Positions 44,403 through 56,655 of a DNA stretch of 64,000 nt are shown piece after piece. The position numbers were made by a program, and so were the translations under genes. The stretch comes from Sphingobacteriaceae bacterium (GTDB lineage Bacteria; Bacillota; Sulfobacillia; Thermaerobacterales; RSA17): positions 650-64,649 of the forward strand of contig DATGRI010000041.1 in assembly GCA_035303785.1 (NCBI GenBank), in the 5' to 3' direction. Within the stretch, counting starts at the first letter, position 1, and each line of letters starts with the position of its first letter. The notes beneath the pieces were generated by a model. It worked only from the letters and a program-made list of their open reading frames with translations. It was not told where the DNA came from and searched no databases.

Positions 44403-46232
44403 TTGTCCTTCTACCGTCAAGTTTGGCACTACCTCGAAGGTTACAGGGCCACGATGGTTTTGGCCATCCTCTGCGCCCTGGCCCATACCCTCCTCAACCT
44501 GGTTCCCGCCCTGTTCGTCCGGGAGATCATGGCCCGGGTGGAGACGGCCGTCAGCACTGGGGAGGCAGTGAGCCGGGCCGGCCGGCTGGCCGGCTGGTCC
44601 CTGGGGGCCATCTTGGCCGCCCTGGCAGCCACCTACGGGCTGCGGGCCATCTTTTACTACGGCGACCGCTACCTGGCCCACGTGGCCGCCTGGGGCATGC
44701 TGGCCCAGCTGCGGGTGCGCCTGTACGCCCACCTGCAGCGCCTGTCCCACGGCTTCTTCAGCAGGCGCCAGTCGGGCGAACTGGCCCCCCGGGTCATCCA
44801 CGACGTGAAGACGGTGGAATACTTCCTGGCCCACGGCCTGCCCGAAAGCGTGCTGACCCTGCTGGTGCCCGTGGCCATGACGGCGGTGCTGGCCACCATC
44901 AACTGGCAGTTGACGGCCCTGATTTTGATCCCGGTGCCTTTCCTCCTGTGGACCAACATCCACTACCTGCCGGCCATGCGCCGGGGCTACCGGCTCATCC
45001 ACGACAAGATGGCCCAGGTCAACGCCATCATCACCGAGAGCATCCAGGGCATCGGCGTCATCAAATCCTTCACATATGAAAAAGAGCGGCTGGCTGTGGT
45101 GGCCCGGGAAAGCCGCCTGCTGGAGCAATACGTGGAGCAGGTGAACCGCCAGGCCGCCATCCCCGACACCGCCGCGGTGCTGTTGTCGGGGGTGGGCATG
45201 CTCATCGTGCTGGGGGCGGGCGGCGCCATGGCCGCCAACGGCACCCTGGCCCTGGCCGACCTGGTGGTCTTTATCTTCTATTTGAGCCAGTTCTACCAGC
45301 CCATCATCCAGTTCAACCGGGCTGCCGAGCAGACCCAGGACGCCATCGCCGCCAGCCAGCGGGTGTTTGAGCTGGTCCAGGAGGAAAGCGACCTGACGGA
45401 TCCGCCCCATCCCCGGCGGCCGGCGGAGCCGCCGGAAACTTGGACCATCGAATTCGACGCTGTCACCTTCGCCTACGACGGCGAGCCGGTGCTGCGGGGC
45501 ATTGACCTGACCATCCATCCCGGGGAGAAGGTGGCCCTGGTGGGCCATACGGGCGCGGGCAAGACCACCCTGACCCGGCTCATCCCCCGCTTTTGGGATG
45601 TGACCTCGGGCAGCCTCCGCATCGGCGGCGTGGACGTGCGGGAGTGGTCCCTGGCCGACCTGCGCAGTCAAATCAGCATCGTCGACCAGGATGTCTTCCT
45701 GTTCAATGCCACCGTGATGGACAACATCCTGGTGGGGCGGCCCGACGCCACCCCGGAGGAAGTGTACGCCGCCGCCCGGGCGGCCCAGGCCCACGACTTC
45801 ATCATGGAACTGCCCCAAGGCTACGACACCATGATCGGCGAGCGGGGCATCCGCCTGTCGGGCGGCCAGCAGCAGCGCCTGGCCATCGCCCGGGCCTTGC
45901 TGAAGGACGCTCCCATCTTGATCCTGGACGAAGCCACCGCCAGCGTGGACCCTGAGACGGAAGCATTGATCCAGGCGGCTTTGGACCGGCTCATGGCGGG
46001 CCGCACCGCCCTGGTGGTGGCCCACCGCCTCACCACCATCGAGAATGCCGACCGCATCCTGGTGCTGGACGAAGGCCGCATCGTGGAAGAAGGCACCCAC
46101 CGGGAACTCATGGCCCGGGGCGGCCTGTACACCCGCCTCCAGCGCCGGCGGCCCAAGGGGCCGGTGCCCGCCGGGCAGGCCGGCGTCTCCCCCGCCTTGC
46201 TCACCCCGGCCCGCCGGGCCCCCACGGCCTAG
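44403..46232 (+). CDS. ABC exporter, fused permease/ATPase (MsbA-like type I half-transporter)
   Basis: A six-TM domain is followed by Walker A GHTGAGKTT, the signature LSGGQQQRLAIARA and Walker B ILILDEATS. The start is uncertain (TTG 44403 after GGGAGG, or GTG 44382). The track start at 44127 is antisense to the rsm gene. Confidence 0.9.
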   Translation: MSFYRQVWHYLEGYRATMVLAILCALAHTLLNLVPALFVREIMARVETAVSTGEAVSRAGRLAGWSLGAILAALAATYGLRAIFYYGDRYLAHVAAWGMLAQLRVRLYAHLQRLSHGFFSRRQSGELAPRVIHDVKTVEYFLAHGLPESVLTLLVPVAMTAVLATINWQLTALILIPVPFLLWTNIHYLPAMRRGYRLIHDKMAQVNAIITESIQGIGVIKSFTYEKERLAVVARESRLLEQYVEQVNRQAAIPDTAAVLLSGVGMLIVLGAGGAMAANGTLALADLVVFIFYLSQFYQPIIQFNRAAEQTQDAIAASQRVFELVQEESDLTDPPHPRRPAEPPETWTIEFDAVTFAYDGEPVLRGIDLTIHPGEKVALVGHTGAGKTTLTRLIPRFWDVTSGSLRIGGVDVREWSLADLRSQISIVDQDVFLFNATVMDNILVGRPDATPEEVYAAARAAQAHDFIMELPQGYDTMIGERGIRLSGGQQQRLAIARALLKDAPILILDEATASVDPETEALIQAALDRLMAGRTALVVAHRLTTIENADRILVLDEGRIVEEGTHRELMARGGLYTRLQRRRPKGPVPAGQAGVSPALLTPARRAPTA

Positions 46233-46244
46233 GCCCACCAACCC

Positions 46245-47645
46245 TTAGGCGTAATCCTTATCCACACCGCCGTCGCTGCAGGTGAGGGTCACCTGCCGGC
46301 CGTCCTCGCCGGCGCACAGCAGCCGCACCGGCCCTTGCCACAACCGCTGCATGGCCTGCAGGGTCCGGGTGGCATAGTCCAAGTCCATGCCCCGCTGGCG
46401 GCGGTCCTGCTGCTCCAAGGTCAGCACGCCCCGGGCCGTGTCCACGACGACGATGCGGGGCACCCCGTAGTTGTAGCGGGGCGCCAGGAGGGCATCCCGC
46501 ACCTTCCCGGCACTGCGGCTTTCCAATCGGATATGGCGGCAGTTGGGGCAGCGCTGATCGGGCACCGGATGCAGGCTGCAGCCCGGCCCGTAGGCGAACA
46601 GGTTCAATTCCCGGCACAGTTCCCCGGTCAAGTAGTTGCGGATTAAGGAAAAATCGTCTTCGGCCGAGCGCAGGGCGAAAAGATGCTCCCGCCCCAGCCG
46701 CCGCTCCACATCCTGGAGGATCTTGAAGCCCAAGTAGTAGGGGTTGACCGACAGCCCGGGGCCGGGAGCCACCACGGCGGCATGGAGGCGCATCACCTCC
46801 AAGGTCTCCGCCGGCGTCAAGTCGGCGTGCTGCTGCAGGATTTCCACATGCCAGAAGCAGGCCCAGCCCTCGTTGATGATCTTGGTGGCGAACTGGGGGT
46901 AGAAGTAGAAGGACTCGTGGCGGATGATGCCCAGCACATCCCGCTCCCAGTCGTCCAAAGGCGCGTACCTGCTCAGGAACCAGAGCAGATCCCGCTCGGG
47001 ATGGGGCGGCACCTGGTCGCCTTCCACCGACTCGGACATGGAATAGTCCTGCCGGCCCGCCAGGTCGTCGTAGGGGCCCGCCGGCCGCCGCCGCATCACC
47101 ACCCGCCGCCCCGGATAGGGCCGCCGGTGGGGGCCCCGGTGCAGGTCCACATGGCGATGAAGGGCGAAAGCCGTGTCCATCAGGGCTTCCACCCTCTCCT
47201 GGCCGTAGCGCTGCCGGTAAGCGGCCACCCGGGCGGCGGAACGGGCCGCCTCATCCACCATGTCCCGCCGGGTGCCGGCGAACAGTTCGTTGTGCTTGAA
47301 AAAATCGCTGTGGGCCGCCACATGGGCCGTCAGCAGCAGGTTGTCCGCCTCGGTGTTGGTGTCCAGGTAGAAGGCGTAGGCGGGGTCGTTGTTGATGACC
47401 AGTTCGAATATTTTGGACAGCCCCATGCGGCCGTGGAGGCGCATCCGCTGGAACACCTTGCCGTGGGACCAGTGGGCGGCCCGGATGGGCAGGCCGTAGG
47501 CGGCGATCTGGGCCAGCACGTCGCTGGGCACCACCTCAATGCGCAGGTCGAAAAAATCCAGGCCCAGGTCCCGGGCGGTGTCCAGCACCCGGTCCATGCG
47601 CCGGGCGCCGGGCAGGGCCCCACCCCCGGGCCCGCACACCGTCAC
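46245..47645 (-). CDS. spoVR: stage V sporulation protein R (SpoVR/YcgB family)
   Basis: HWSHGKVF..., LSKIFELVINNDPAYAFYLD and HVAAHSDFFKHN match the SpoVR family. The GTG at 47645 forms a GTGA overlap with the yhbH stop and follows GGGAGGGGGGAG. Confidence 0.9.
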   Translation of the reverse strand: MTVCGPGGGALPGARRMDRVLDTARDLGLDFFDLRIEVVPSDVLAQIAAYGLPIRAAHWSHGKVFQRMRLHGRMGLSKIFELVINNDPAYAFYLDTNTEADNLLLTAHVAAHSDFFKHNELFAGTRRDMVDEAARSAARVAAYRQRYGQERVEALMDTAFALHRHVDLHRGPHRRPYPGRRVVMRRRPAGPYDDLAGRQDYSMSESVEGDQVPPHPERDLLWFLSRYAPLDDWERDVLGIIRHESFYFYPQFATKIINEGWACFWHVEILQQHADLTPAETLEVMRLHAAVVAPGPGLSVNPYYLGFKILQDVERRLGREHLFALRSAEDDFSLIRNYLTGELCRELNLFAYGPGCSLHPVPDQRCPNCRHIRLESRSAGKVRDALLAPRYNYGVPRIVVVDTARGVLTLEQQDRRQRGMDLDYATRTLQAMQRLWQGPVRLLCAGEDGRQVTLTCSDGGVDKDYA

Positions 47646-48820
47646 CGCTCCCCCCTCCCCCCTTGGACGCTCAGAAGCTCCCTCATGGCCCGCTGCACGT
47701 CGGACCGGCTGCCGATGGTGCACAGAATCAGCCGGGGATGATCCAGTTCATCCAAAGCCCTGAACAGGGAACTGCGCCGGGTAACCACCGGCTCCTTGCC
47801 TGCCTGGAACTGATGCCAGGAATCGTAGACGATCTCGCCGCACCCCACCATGCGGGTCACCTGCAGCAGCCTGCGGGCGGCTTCCACCGCCTTTTCGTTG
47901 TCGCCGGGGAAGTTCTCCCCGTCGGTGAAGTGAAAGGCGTAGTTGTTCCACCCCTCGGGCGGGTGGCGCCGGTGGATGTGCTCCAAGGCGGCCAGGTAGG
48001 CCGATGAGCTGCACGTGCCGCCGCTGCTGCTGAAGGCGAAGAATTGCTCCTCGGGCACCACGTAGGCCTCGGTGTCGTGGGCGATGAACACCACGTCCAC
48101 GTGGGTGTACCGCCGCCGGAGGAAGGTGACCAGCCAGAAGAAGAAGGCCTTGGCTATGTAGCGCCGTTCGGTGGACATGGAACCGCTGCGGTCCATGAGC
48201 AGGTAGACCGCCGCCTGGGCCGCCCGCCGGTGGTCGGGCGCCCACACCCGAAAGCGCAAATCATCGTCGTGGAAGGAAAGGGGCACGGCGTCCCCCCGGG
48301 CCGCCCGCCGCCGCATATGCCGGTACAAGGTGCGCCGCCGGTCCAGGTTGCTCCACGGGCCCCGGCGCTGCACATCCCGCACCCGTCCCGCCGGCGAGGG
48401 CACCGGCCCGGCGGCCGCCGGCTCCAGCCAGGGCAGCTCCAGGTCTTCCATCATCAAGGCGGCCACTTCATCCACGGTGAACTCCGCCTCGTACACCTCC
48501 CGGCCGGGCCGGTCCCCGGGCAGGTCGCCGGGCTGGGGGCCGGGCCTCTCCTCCCGGGCCAAGACATCCCCCTCCTGCCCCGGACCGTGGCCCACGCCCC
48601 GGGCCGCCTCTTCGTCGGCATACCGGAACCGGAACAGATCCAAATAGCGCACCGGAATGCGGATGGGCCGGTCTCCCCGGCGGGTGATGAGGGCTTCCTC
48701 GGTGATGAGGCGGGGCAGATCCCGGCGCAGGGCTTCCCGCACCCGCTCGTCATGCCGGCGGGCGTCCTGGAGGCCCCGTCGGTGCAAGTCCCAAGGCGAC
48801 GCGCCCCATTCCACGGCCAA
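47642..48820 (-). CDS. yhbH: YhbH/YeaH family (DUF444) sporulation protein
   Basis: It has the DUF444 pattern (IRIPVRYLDLFRFRY, vWA-like C-terminal half). It sits between prkA and spoVR. Confidence 0.9.
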   Translation of the reverse strand: MAVEWGASPWDLHRRGLQDARRHDERVREALRRDLPRLITEEALITRRGDRPIRIPVRYLDLFRFRYADEEAARGVGHGPGQEGDVLAREERPGPQPGDLPGDRPGREVYEAEFTVDEVAALMMEDLELPWLEPAAAGPVPSPAGRVRDVQRRGPWSNLDRRRTLYRHMRRRAARGDAVPLSFHDDDLRFRVWAPDHRRAAQAAVYLLMDRSGSMSTERRYIAKAFFFWLVTFLRRRYTHVDVVFIAHDTEAYVVPEEQFFAFSSSGGTCSSSAYLAALEHIHRRHPPEGWNNYAFHFTDGENFPGDNEKAVEAARRLLQVTRMVGCGEIVYDSWHQFQAGKEPVVTRRSSLFRALDELDHPRLILCTIGSRSDVQRAMRELLSVQGGRGER

Positions 48821-48824
48821 CCCC

Positions 48825-50738
48825 TCAACCTTCCCGGGCCATCAAGGATGACACGTACTTGAGCAGTTCGTTGGCGCAGGCGGGGCAGTAGCCTTCCCGC
48901 TCCACCAAGGTCCCGATGACCTGATTCAAGCGGCGCAACTGCTCTTCGTCGGGATTGCGGGCCGAAACCGTCAACTTGATGGTGTCCCGCCGCTCTTCGA
49001 ACAACTGCTTCTCCAGGGCTTCCGCCAGCCGGGGATGGGCGGCGTAGTCGAAGGGCTCGCCCCGGCGCTGGGCGATGGCCACTTTCCGCAGCACCTCGTT
49101 GCGGAAGGTGTCCTTGCCCTGCTCCGACACTTCGATCTTTTCTTCAATGCTGCGCATGAGGCGCTCGTCGGGGGGATGCTCCTCGCCGGTGACGGGATCC
49201 ACCAGCCGCCGGTCCTCCAGGTAGGCTTCCACGTGGTCCAGGTAGTTGTCCAGCAAGGTGTTGATCTCCCGCTCGAAGGAGATGAAGAAGGCCTTTTGCA
49301 CGTCGGTGCGGGCCAGCTCGTCGTATTCCCGCCGGGCCTCGGCCAGCAGGTCAAGGTACTTGTCCTTCTCCTTGGGGCTCCAGGCGGGATGCTGCTGGAT
49401 GCCTTCCCGCAGGGCCCGCAGGGCGTCGATGGGGTTGAAGCAAGTCACCCCCGGCTTGATGAGGGCCGCCGACAGGCGGTTGATGATGAACCGGGGCGAG
49501 ACGCCGGACATCCCCTCCTCCTCCGTCTCGGCCCGGGCCCGCCGCACGTCCTCCTGGGTGAACCCCTCCACCTGCTGCCCGTCGTACAGCCGCACCTTCT
49601 TCTGCAGGGTCAGGGCGGGATTGGTGCTGGGCTCCAGCCGGGTCAGGACGGCGAAGGTGGCCGTCACCAGCAGGGTGTGGGGCGCCAGGTGGACGTCCTG
49701 GGCCTGCACCTGCCGCAGCAGCTTCTCGTAGATGCGCACTTCCTGGCTCCGCTGCAGGGTGTAGGGCACCCGCACGGCGATGAGCCGGTCCCGCAGGGCT
49801 TCCGACCGGCGGTCGGCGATGAACTCCTGGAACTCGGGCTGGTTGGTGTGGGCGATGACCACCTCATCGGCGTAGATAAGAGGGAACCGGCCCGTCTTGA
49901 TGACCCGCTCCTGGGCCAGAGTGAGGAGCACGTACAAAAACTTCTCGTCGGCCTTCAGCATCTCGATAAACTCCATCAGGCCCCGATTGGCCACGTTCAG
50001 CTCGCCGTCGAACCGGTAGGCCCGGGGATCCGACTCGGCGCCGTACTCGCCGATGCGGGCCAGGTCCATGGAGCCCACCAGTTCGGCGATGTCCTGGGTC
50101 TTGGGGTCCGAGGGCACGAAGGTGCCGATGCCCACCCGGTGCTGCTCCGACAGGAAGATGCGCTTCACGGGCACCCGGTACGGGTCGCCCCCGTACTTCT
50201 CCCGCAGGTCCAGGACGCACCGGGGGCACAGCTGCCCCTCAATGTGGATGCCGTAAGTCTCCCGGAACTTGTCCCTTAGTTCCACGGGCACCAGGTGGAG
50301 GGGATCTTCGTGCTGGGGGCAGGTGCTGATGGCGTACAAAGCCCCCTGGGGCGTGCGGCTGAAGGCTTCCAGACCCCGCTTCAGCAGGGTGACCAGTTCG
50401 CTCTTGCCCGAAGCCGGCGGGCCGTAGAGCAGGAGAATGCGCCGGCGCACATCGGCCCCTTGGGCCGCCGCCTTGAAGTACTCCATGATCTGGGCCAGGG
50501 CGTCGTCAATGCCGAAGATTTCGTCCTGGAAAAACCGGTAGCGCTCCCGATGGCCGGCGCCGGTGTCTTCCCGGTGGATGCCGTGGCTGCAGATCATCTC
50601 GTACAGCCGGCGGTGGGCCGACCATGCCCAGTGGGGGTTTTCCACCACCATGGCCAGGTACTGGCGGAAGGTGCCCTCCCACGGAGCGGCCTTTTCATCC
50701 CGGCGAAAAGCGTCGAACCATTCCCATGCCTGGACCAA
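48825..50738 (-). CDS. prkA: PrkA serine protein kinase (AAA-like)
   Basis: Contains WEGTFRQYLAMVVENP and the P-loop LLLYGPPASGKS, plus a C-terminal PrkA domain. I chose the TTG at 50738, 6 nt after AGGTGG, because the track start at 50870 would run through the acnA terminator. Confidence 0.93.
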   Translation of the reverse strand: MVQAWEWFDAFRRDEKAAPWEGTFRQYLAMVVENPHWAWSAHRRLYEMICSHGIHREDTGAGHRERYRFFQDEIFGIDDALAQIMEYFKAAAQGADVRRRILLLYGPPASGKSELVTLLKRGLEAFSRTPQGALYAISTCPQHEDPLHLVPVELRDKFRETYGIHIEGQLCPRCVLDLREKYGGDPYRVPVKRIFLSEQHRVGIGTFVPSDPKTQDIAELVGSMDLARIGEYGAESDPRAYRFDGELNVANRGLMEFIEMLKADEKFLYVLLTLAQERVIKTGRFPLIYADEVVIAHTNQPEFQEFIADRRSEALRDRLIAVRVPYTLQRSQEVRIYEKLLRQVQAQDVHLAPHTLLVTATFAVLTRLEPSTNPALTLQKKVRLYDGQQVEGFTQEDVRRARAETEEEGMSGVSPRFIINRLSAALIKPGVTCFNPIDALRALREGIQQHPAWSPKEKDKYLDLLAEARREYDELARTDVQKAFFISFEREINTLLDNYLDHVEAYLEDRRLVDPVTGEEHPPDERLMRSIEEKIEVSEQGKDTFRNEVLRKVAIAQRRGEPFDYAAHPRLAEALEKQLFEERRDTIKLTVSARNPDEEQLRRLNQVIGTLVEREGYCPACANELLKYVSSLMAREG

Positions 50739-50769
50739 CGTGTCCCACCTGCTCCCGGGTGTTATTCCC

Positions 50770-50777
50770 AATGTATG
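50770..50777 (-). promoter_or_regulatory. sigma-E-like -10 element (CATACATT) upstream of prkA
   Basis: It matches the B. subtilis sigma-E -10 consensus CATACAnT and lies 32 nt upstream of the proposed prkA start. I see no convincing -35. Confidence 0.3.
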
Positions 50778-50819
50778 CGGCCCTGGGCGGCACAGTACCG
50801 GGACCGGCAACGGGACACG

Positions 50820-50862
50820 AAAAAGGCCACGGCCCGGGGCCTGAGGCGCCCGGACCGTGGCC
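50820..50862 (-). terminator. intrinsic terminator downstream of acnA
   Basis: On the minus strand, the hairpin GGCCACGG...CCGTGGCC (8-bp perfect outer stem, 50825-50832 with 50855-50862) is followed by UUUUU. It lies 50 nt after the acnA stop. Confidence 0.7.
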
Positions 50863-50911
50863 GGTTCCAACCTGATGCATTTTCCTGCCGTTTACGTCGT
50901 GGACGGCGGGT

Positions 50912-53632
<2,721 letters not shown>

Positions 53633-53769
53633 GACTCCTCCTCCTCCCGGGACAGATGCATGCCGCTGCCCCTGCTGTTCAAAACTCATGGTATCGTACC
53701 GGTAAAGCCCTCGCCGCCGCCCGGAGCCCGGGCGGGGCGAAAAACAGTTCCATTCAGGGGGAAACCGTT

Positions 53770-54222
53770 GTGCACTTTACAACCCACGCCGCCGTGGGCG
53801 CCGGCCTGGGCACCCTGGCGGCCCAAGTGGCCCCCACACCGGCGGGAGCCGTACTGGCCTTGACGGCGGGAGTCGTCAGCCATGCCCTCTTGGATGCCGT
53901 TCCCCACAAAGACAGCACCAGCATGACCGAAGTACTGGTTGATCTGGCGCTGGGTGTCGGTATTACTTGGTGGGTCTTGGCCGCTAAAGCCGCCGGCGGC
54001 GGGCTCGCCTCCCCCGCCCTCCTGCTGCCCTTGCTGGGAGCCCTGGGCGGGGTGCTGCCCGACCTGGAGGTCGCCCTGGTCTATCTGGGCTGGATGGACC
54101 GGCGGCGCGTGATCTTCCCCTCCCACACCGGCCTGACTCCCCACCGGTTGCTGCCCTCCGGCTGGGGTCTTGTTACCCAACTGCCCTTCATCGCAGCCGG
54201 TTTATGGCTTGCATTCATGTGA
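53770..54222 (+). CDS. small integral membrane protein, possibly a YdjM-like membrane-bound metal-dependent hydrolase
   Basis: It is 150 aa with 4 hydrophobic segments. Conserved-looking H/D positions include [19 protein letters not shown] and LPDLE. The GTG start lies 7 nt after AGGGGGA. Confidence 0.45.
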   Translation: MHFTTHAAVGAGLGTLAAQVAPTPAGAVLALTAGVVSHALLDAVPHKDSTSMTEVLVDLALGVGITWWVLAAKAAGGGLASPALLLPLLGALGGVLPDLEVALVYLGWMDRRRVIFPSHTGLTPHRLLPSGWGLVTQLPFIAAGLWLAFM

Positions 54223-54355
54223 AATCCAGCAAGCGCCTTAACCAGTTTATAATTCGTTTATATATCGGTAAAGTCCTGCACTTTTGGGGCCCGGCATAAG
54301 GGCGGCCCTGGGGGGCAAACCTGGGGATGAAATCCTGATGGCAGGAGGCTGAGCC

Positions 54356-54556
54356 ATGTCGTCACCCAGCCGGGAAGAGATGGAGCAGGCCCTGGCCGGC
54401 CAGTTCGGCTTTCCCGATTATGCCATCCTTTGCCGGGAGTTGGAGCGGACCATGGGCAAAGGGGTGGTTCGCCAATTGGAAAGGAAATTGGCCAAATACC
54501 CGTCGGGGCGGAACGCCCCCGGCGGCTTCCCGGACCCCAACGTCAAGCCCCAATAA
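54356..54556 (+). CDS. small hypothetical protein (66 aa)
   Basis: A strong RBS (GGCAGGAGG) lies 7 nt upstream of the ATG. The sequence is non-repetitive and I recognise no family. Confidence 0.5.
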   Translation: MSSPSREEMEQALAGQFGFPDYAILCRELERTMGKGVVRQLERKLAKYPSGRNAPGGFPDPNVKPQ

Positions 54557-54580
54557 CCTTGCTCCAATTGTGAGCCGGCC

Positions 54581-55831
54581 TTAAGCCTGGGGCAGCCTGC
54601 CCTTGGGCGCCTCCGGCGGCAGCCCGGCGGCCAGGAACTGCTGGACCGCCTGGACGAAAATGGCCGCCCCGTAGGCCATGGCTTCCTCGTCAAAGGTGAA
54701 GTAGGGCGTGTGGGCCAGGGCGGTGATGCCCTGCTCTTCGTTGCGGGCGCCCAGGTTGAACATGCAGCCCCGCACGGCCCGGCCGAAATAGGCGAAATCC
54801 TCGGCGCCCATGCCCGGCTCGTCCCGCAGGAGCACCCGATCAGGACCGAGAACGGCCGATGCCGCCTCTTCCACCAGGGCGCAAACCAGGGGGTCGTTGA
54901 TGACCGAAGGGTAGCCGGGGGTGATTTGGAGCCGGTACTCGGCGCCGAAGGCCCGGCAGACGCCCCGGAGGATCTGCTCGATGCGCTGGGGCACCGCCGC
55001 CCTGGTTTCGTCCCGCAGGGTGCGGATGGTGGCGTCCATGGCCACTTCTTCCGCCACGATGTTGCTGGCGGTGCCGCCCCGGATGGTGCCGATGGTAAAG
55101 ACCAGGGGGTCCAGGGCCGACGTCTGGCGGCTGACCATGGCCTGGAGGGCTACGATGGCCTGGCCCGCCGTATGGATGGCGTCGATGCCCCGGTGGGGCC
55201 AGGCGCCGTGGGAGTTCTTGCCCAGGATGGTGATGTGGGCCGTATCCACCGCCGCCGTGGCCACCCCGTACTTGAGGCTGATGAACCCGGTGGGCTGGCT
55301 GGCGTTCAGGTGCAGGGCCAGCACCACGTCCACGTCGTCCACCACCCCGGCCTTGACCATGGGCTCGGCGCCGCCGATGGTCTCCTCCGCCGGCTGGAAG
55401 ATGAACTTGACGTTGCCGGGCAGCAGGCGGCGCTGCTCAGCCAGGATGGACGCCGTCCCCAGCAGGATGGCCGTATGGCCGTCGTGGCCGCAGGCATGCA
55501 TCTTTCCCTCATGGCGGGAGGCGAAGGGCAGGCCGGTGCGCTCGGTGATGGGCAGGGCGTCCATGTCGGCCCGGATGGCAATGGTCCGGCCGCCGCCCGG
55601 CGGCGCCGCCTCCCCCCGCAGGATGCCCACAACCCCGGTGGGCGTGCCCGTGTGCTCCGGCCCCCTGAGCACCTCCAAGCCGAGCCCCGTCAAGACCTGG
55701 GCGACCAGTTCCGAAGTTTGGTACTCCTCCATGGCCAGCTCCGGGTGCTGGTGAATGTGGCGCCGCCAGGCGATCATCTGGGGCAGCATAGCCCGGCTGC
55801 GGTCCAAGGCTGAACTGATACTGGTGGCCAT
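54581..55831 (-). CDS. M20D-family amidohydrolase (N-acyl-L-amino acid amidohydrolase / hippurate hydrolase-like)
   Basis: Contains WRRHIHQHPELAMEE, ADMDALP, HACGHDGH and FIFQPAEE. The ATG at 55831 follows GGGGGAAGGGGA. The track start at 56185 was trimmed. Confidence 0.9.
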   Translation of the reverse strand: MATSISSALDRSRAMLPQMIAWRRHIHQHPELAMEEYQTSELVAQVLTGLGLEVLRGPEHTGTPTGVVGILRGEAAPPGGGRTIAIRADMDALPITERTGLPFASRHEGKMHACGHDGHTAILLGTASILAEQRRLLPGNVKFIFQPAEETIGGAEPMVKAGVVDDVDVVLALHLNASQPTGFISLKYGVATAAVDTAHITILGKNSHGAWPHRGIDAIHTAGQAIVALQAMVSRQTSALDPLVFTIGTIRGGTASNIVAEEVAMDATIRTLRDETRAAVPQRIEQILRGVCRAFGAEYRLQITPGYPSVINDPLVCALVEEAASAVLGPDRVLLRDEPGMGAEDFAYFGRAVRGCMFNLGARNEEQGITALAHTPYFTFDEEAMAYGAAIFVQAVQQFLAAGLPPEAPKGRLPQA

Positions 55832-55994
55832 ACCCCGTTCCCCTTCCCCCTGGTGGATGGGCTGCGTCACAGCAGTGCCATGCAGCATTTCATGCCTACA
55901 GCAGTTTTTACCTCCTCCACTTATCCTTACCCTGCTGCCTGGGCAAACTGAACGGGACACGGCGCCACACTCTTCCACGGGGAGGTCCGGGCCC

Positions 55995-56513
55995 ATGATA
56001 AAAGACGAAGCGACCAACGAGCCGTCGGTAGCGGCCGCCGGTCTGACCTGGCTATGGAGCGGCCTCATCGCCTGGCTGGGGCTCCTGGGCGTGGTGTATC
56101 TTCTTTCATCCCTGATGGGGCTGCCGCCGGCAGGCCTTTCCTTCTTTGTAGGGGATGCGGTCACGGGCAGCAGCGCCGCCGCCAAGCTGTGGGCCGGCCG
56201 GGCCCTGCTCCTGGGCTTCGCCTTGCTGTGGGCCGCCCTTTACCCCCGGGTGCGTTCCGCCCTGCCCCGGCCCGAGTGGACCCGGGGCCTGCTGTACGGC
56301 CTGGCCATCTGGGCCTTCAGCCTGTTTCTCCTCATCCCCCTGGCGGCCTGGCTCAACGGTACCCTGGCGGCGGGACGGTTCCAATGGATGCGCCTCTTGG
56401 GCACCGGCTACGGCGGCTATGAGGGGCTGGCCATGTCCCTTGCGGCCCATATAGTTTACGGATTGCTCCTGGCCACGGTGTACAACCGGTCCCGGGCGGC
56501 ATCATGGACGTGA
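55995..56513 (+). CDS. hypothetical integral membrane protein
   Basis: It is 172 aa with about 4 TM segments. The ATG lies 9 nt after GGGGAGG. I recognise no domain. Confidence 0.55.
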   Translation: MIKDEATNEPSVAAAGLTWLWSGLIAWLGLLGVVYLLSSLMGLPPAGLSFFVGDAVTGSSAAAKLWAGRALLLGFALLWAALYPRVRSALPRPEWTRGLLYGLAIWAFSLFLLIPLAAWLNGTLAAGRFQWMRLLGTGYGGYEGLAMSLAAHIVYGLLLATVYNRSRAASWT

Positions 56514-56655
56514 ACCGGCGGGAACCGGGGAAAGGCAGCCCCATTCCCGCCCTTTGACCGGCCGGCGGCCCCCAATCACCTTGACGCGGTCCCCACGGGC
56601 GTTAAACTTGACTGGAGAGGCCATTTGCGGGCGGCGTCAGGAGGTGTGGGGGCCC

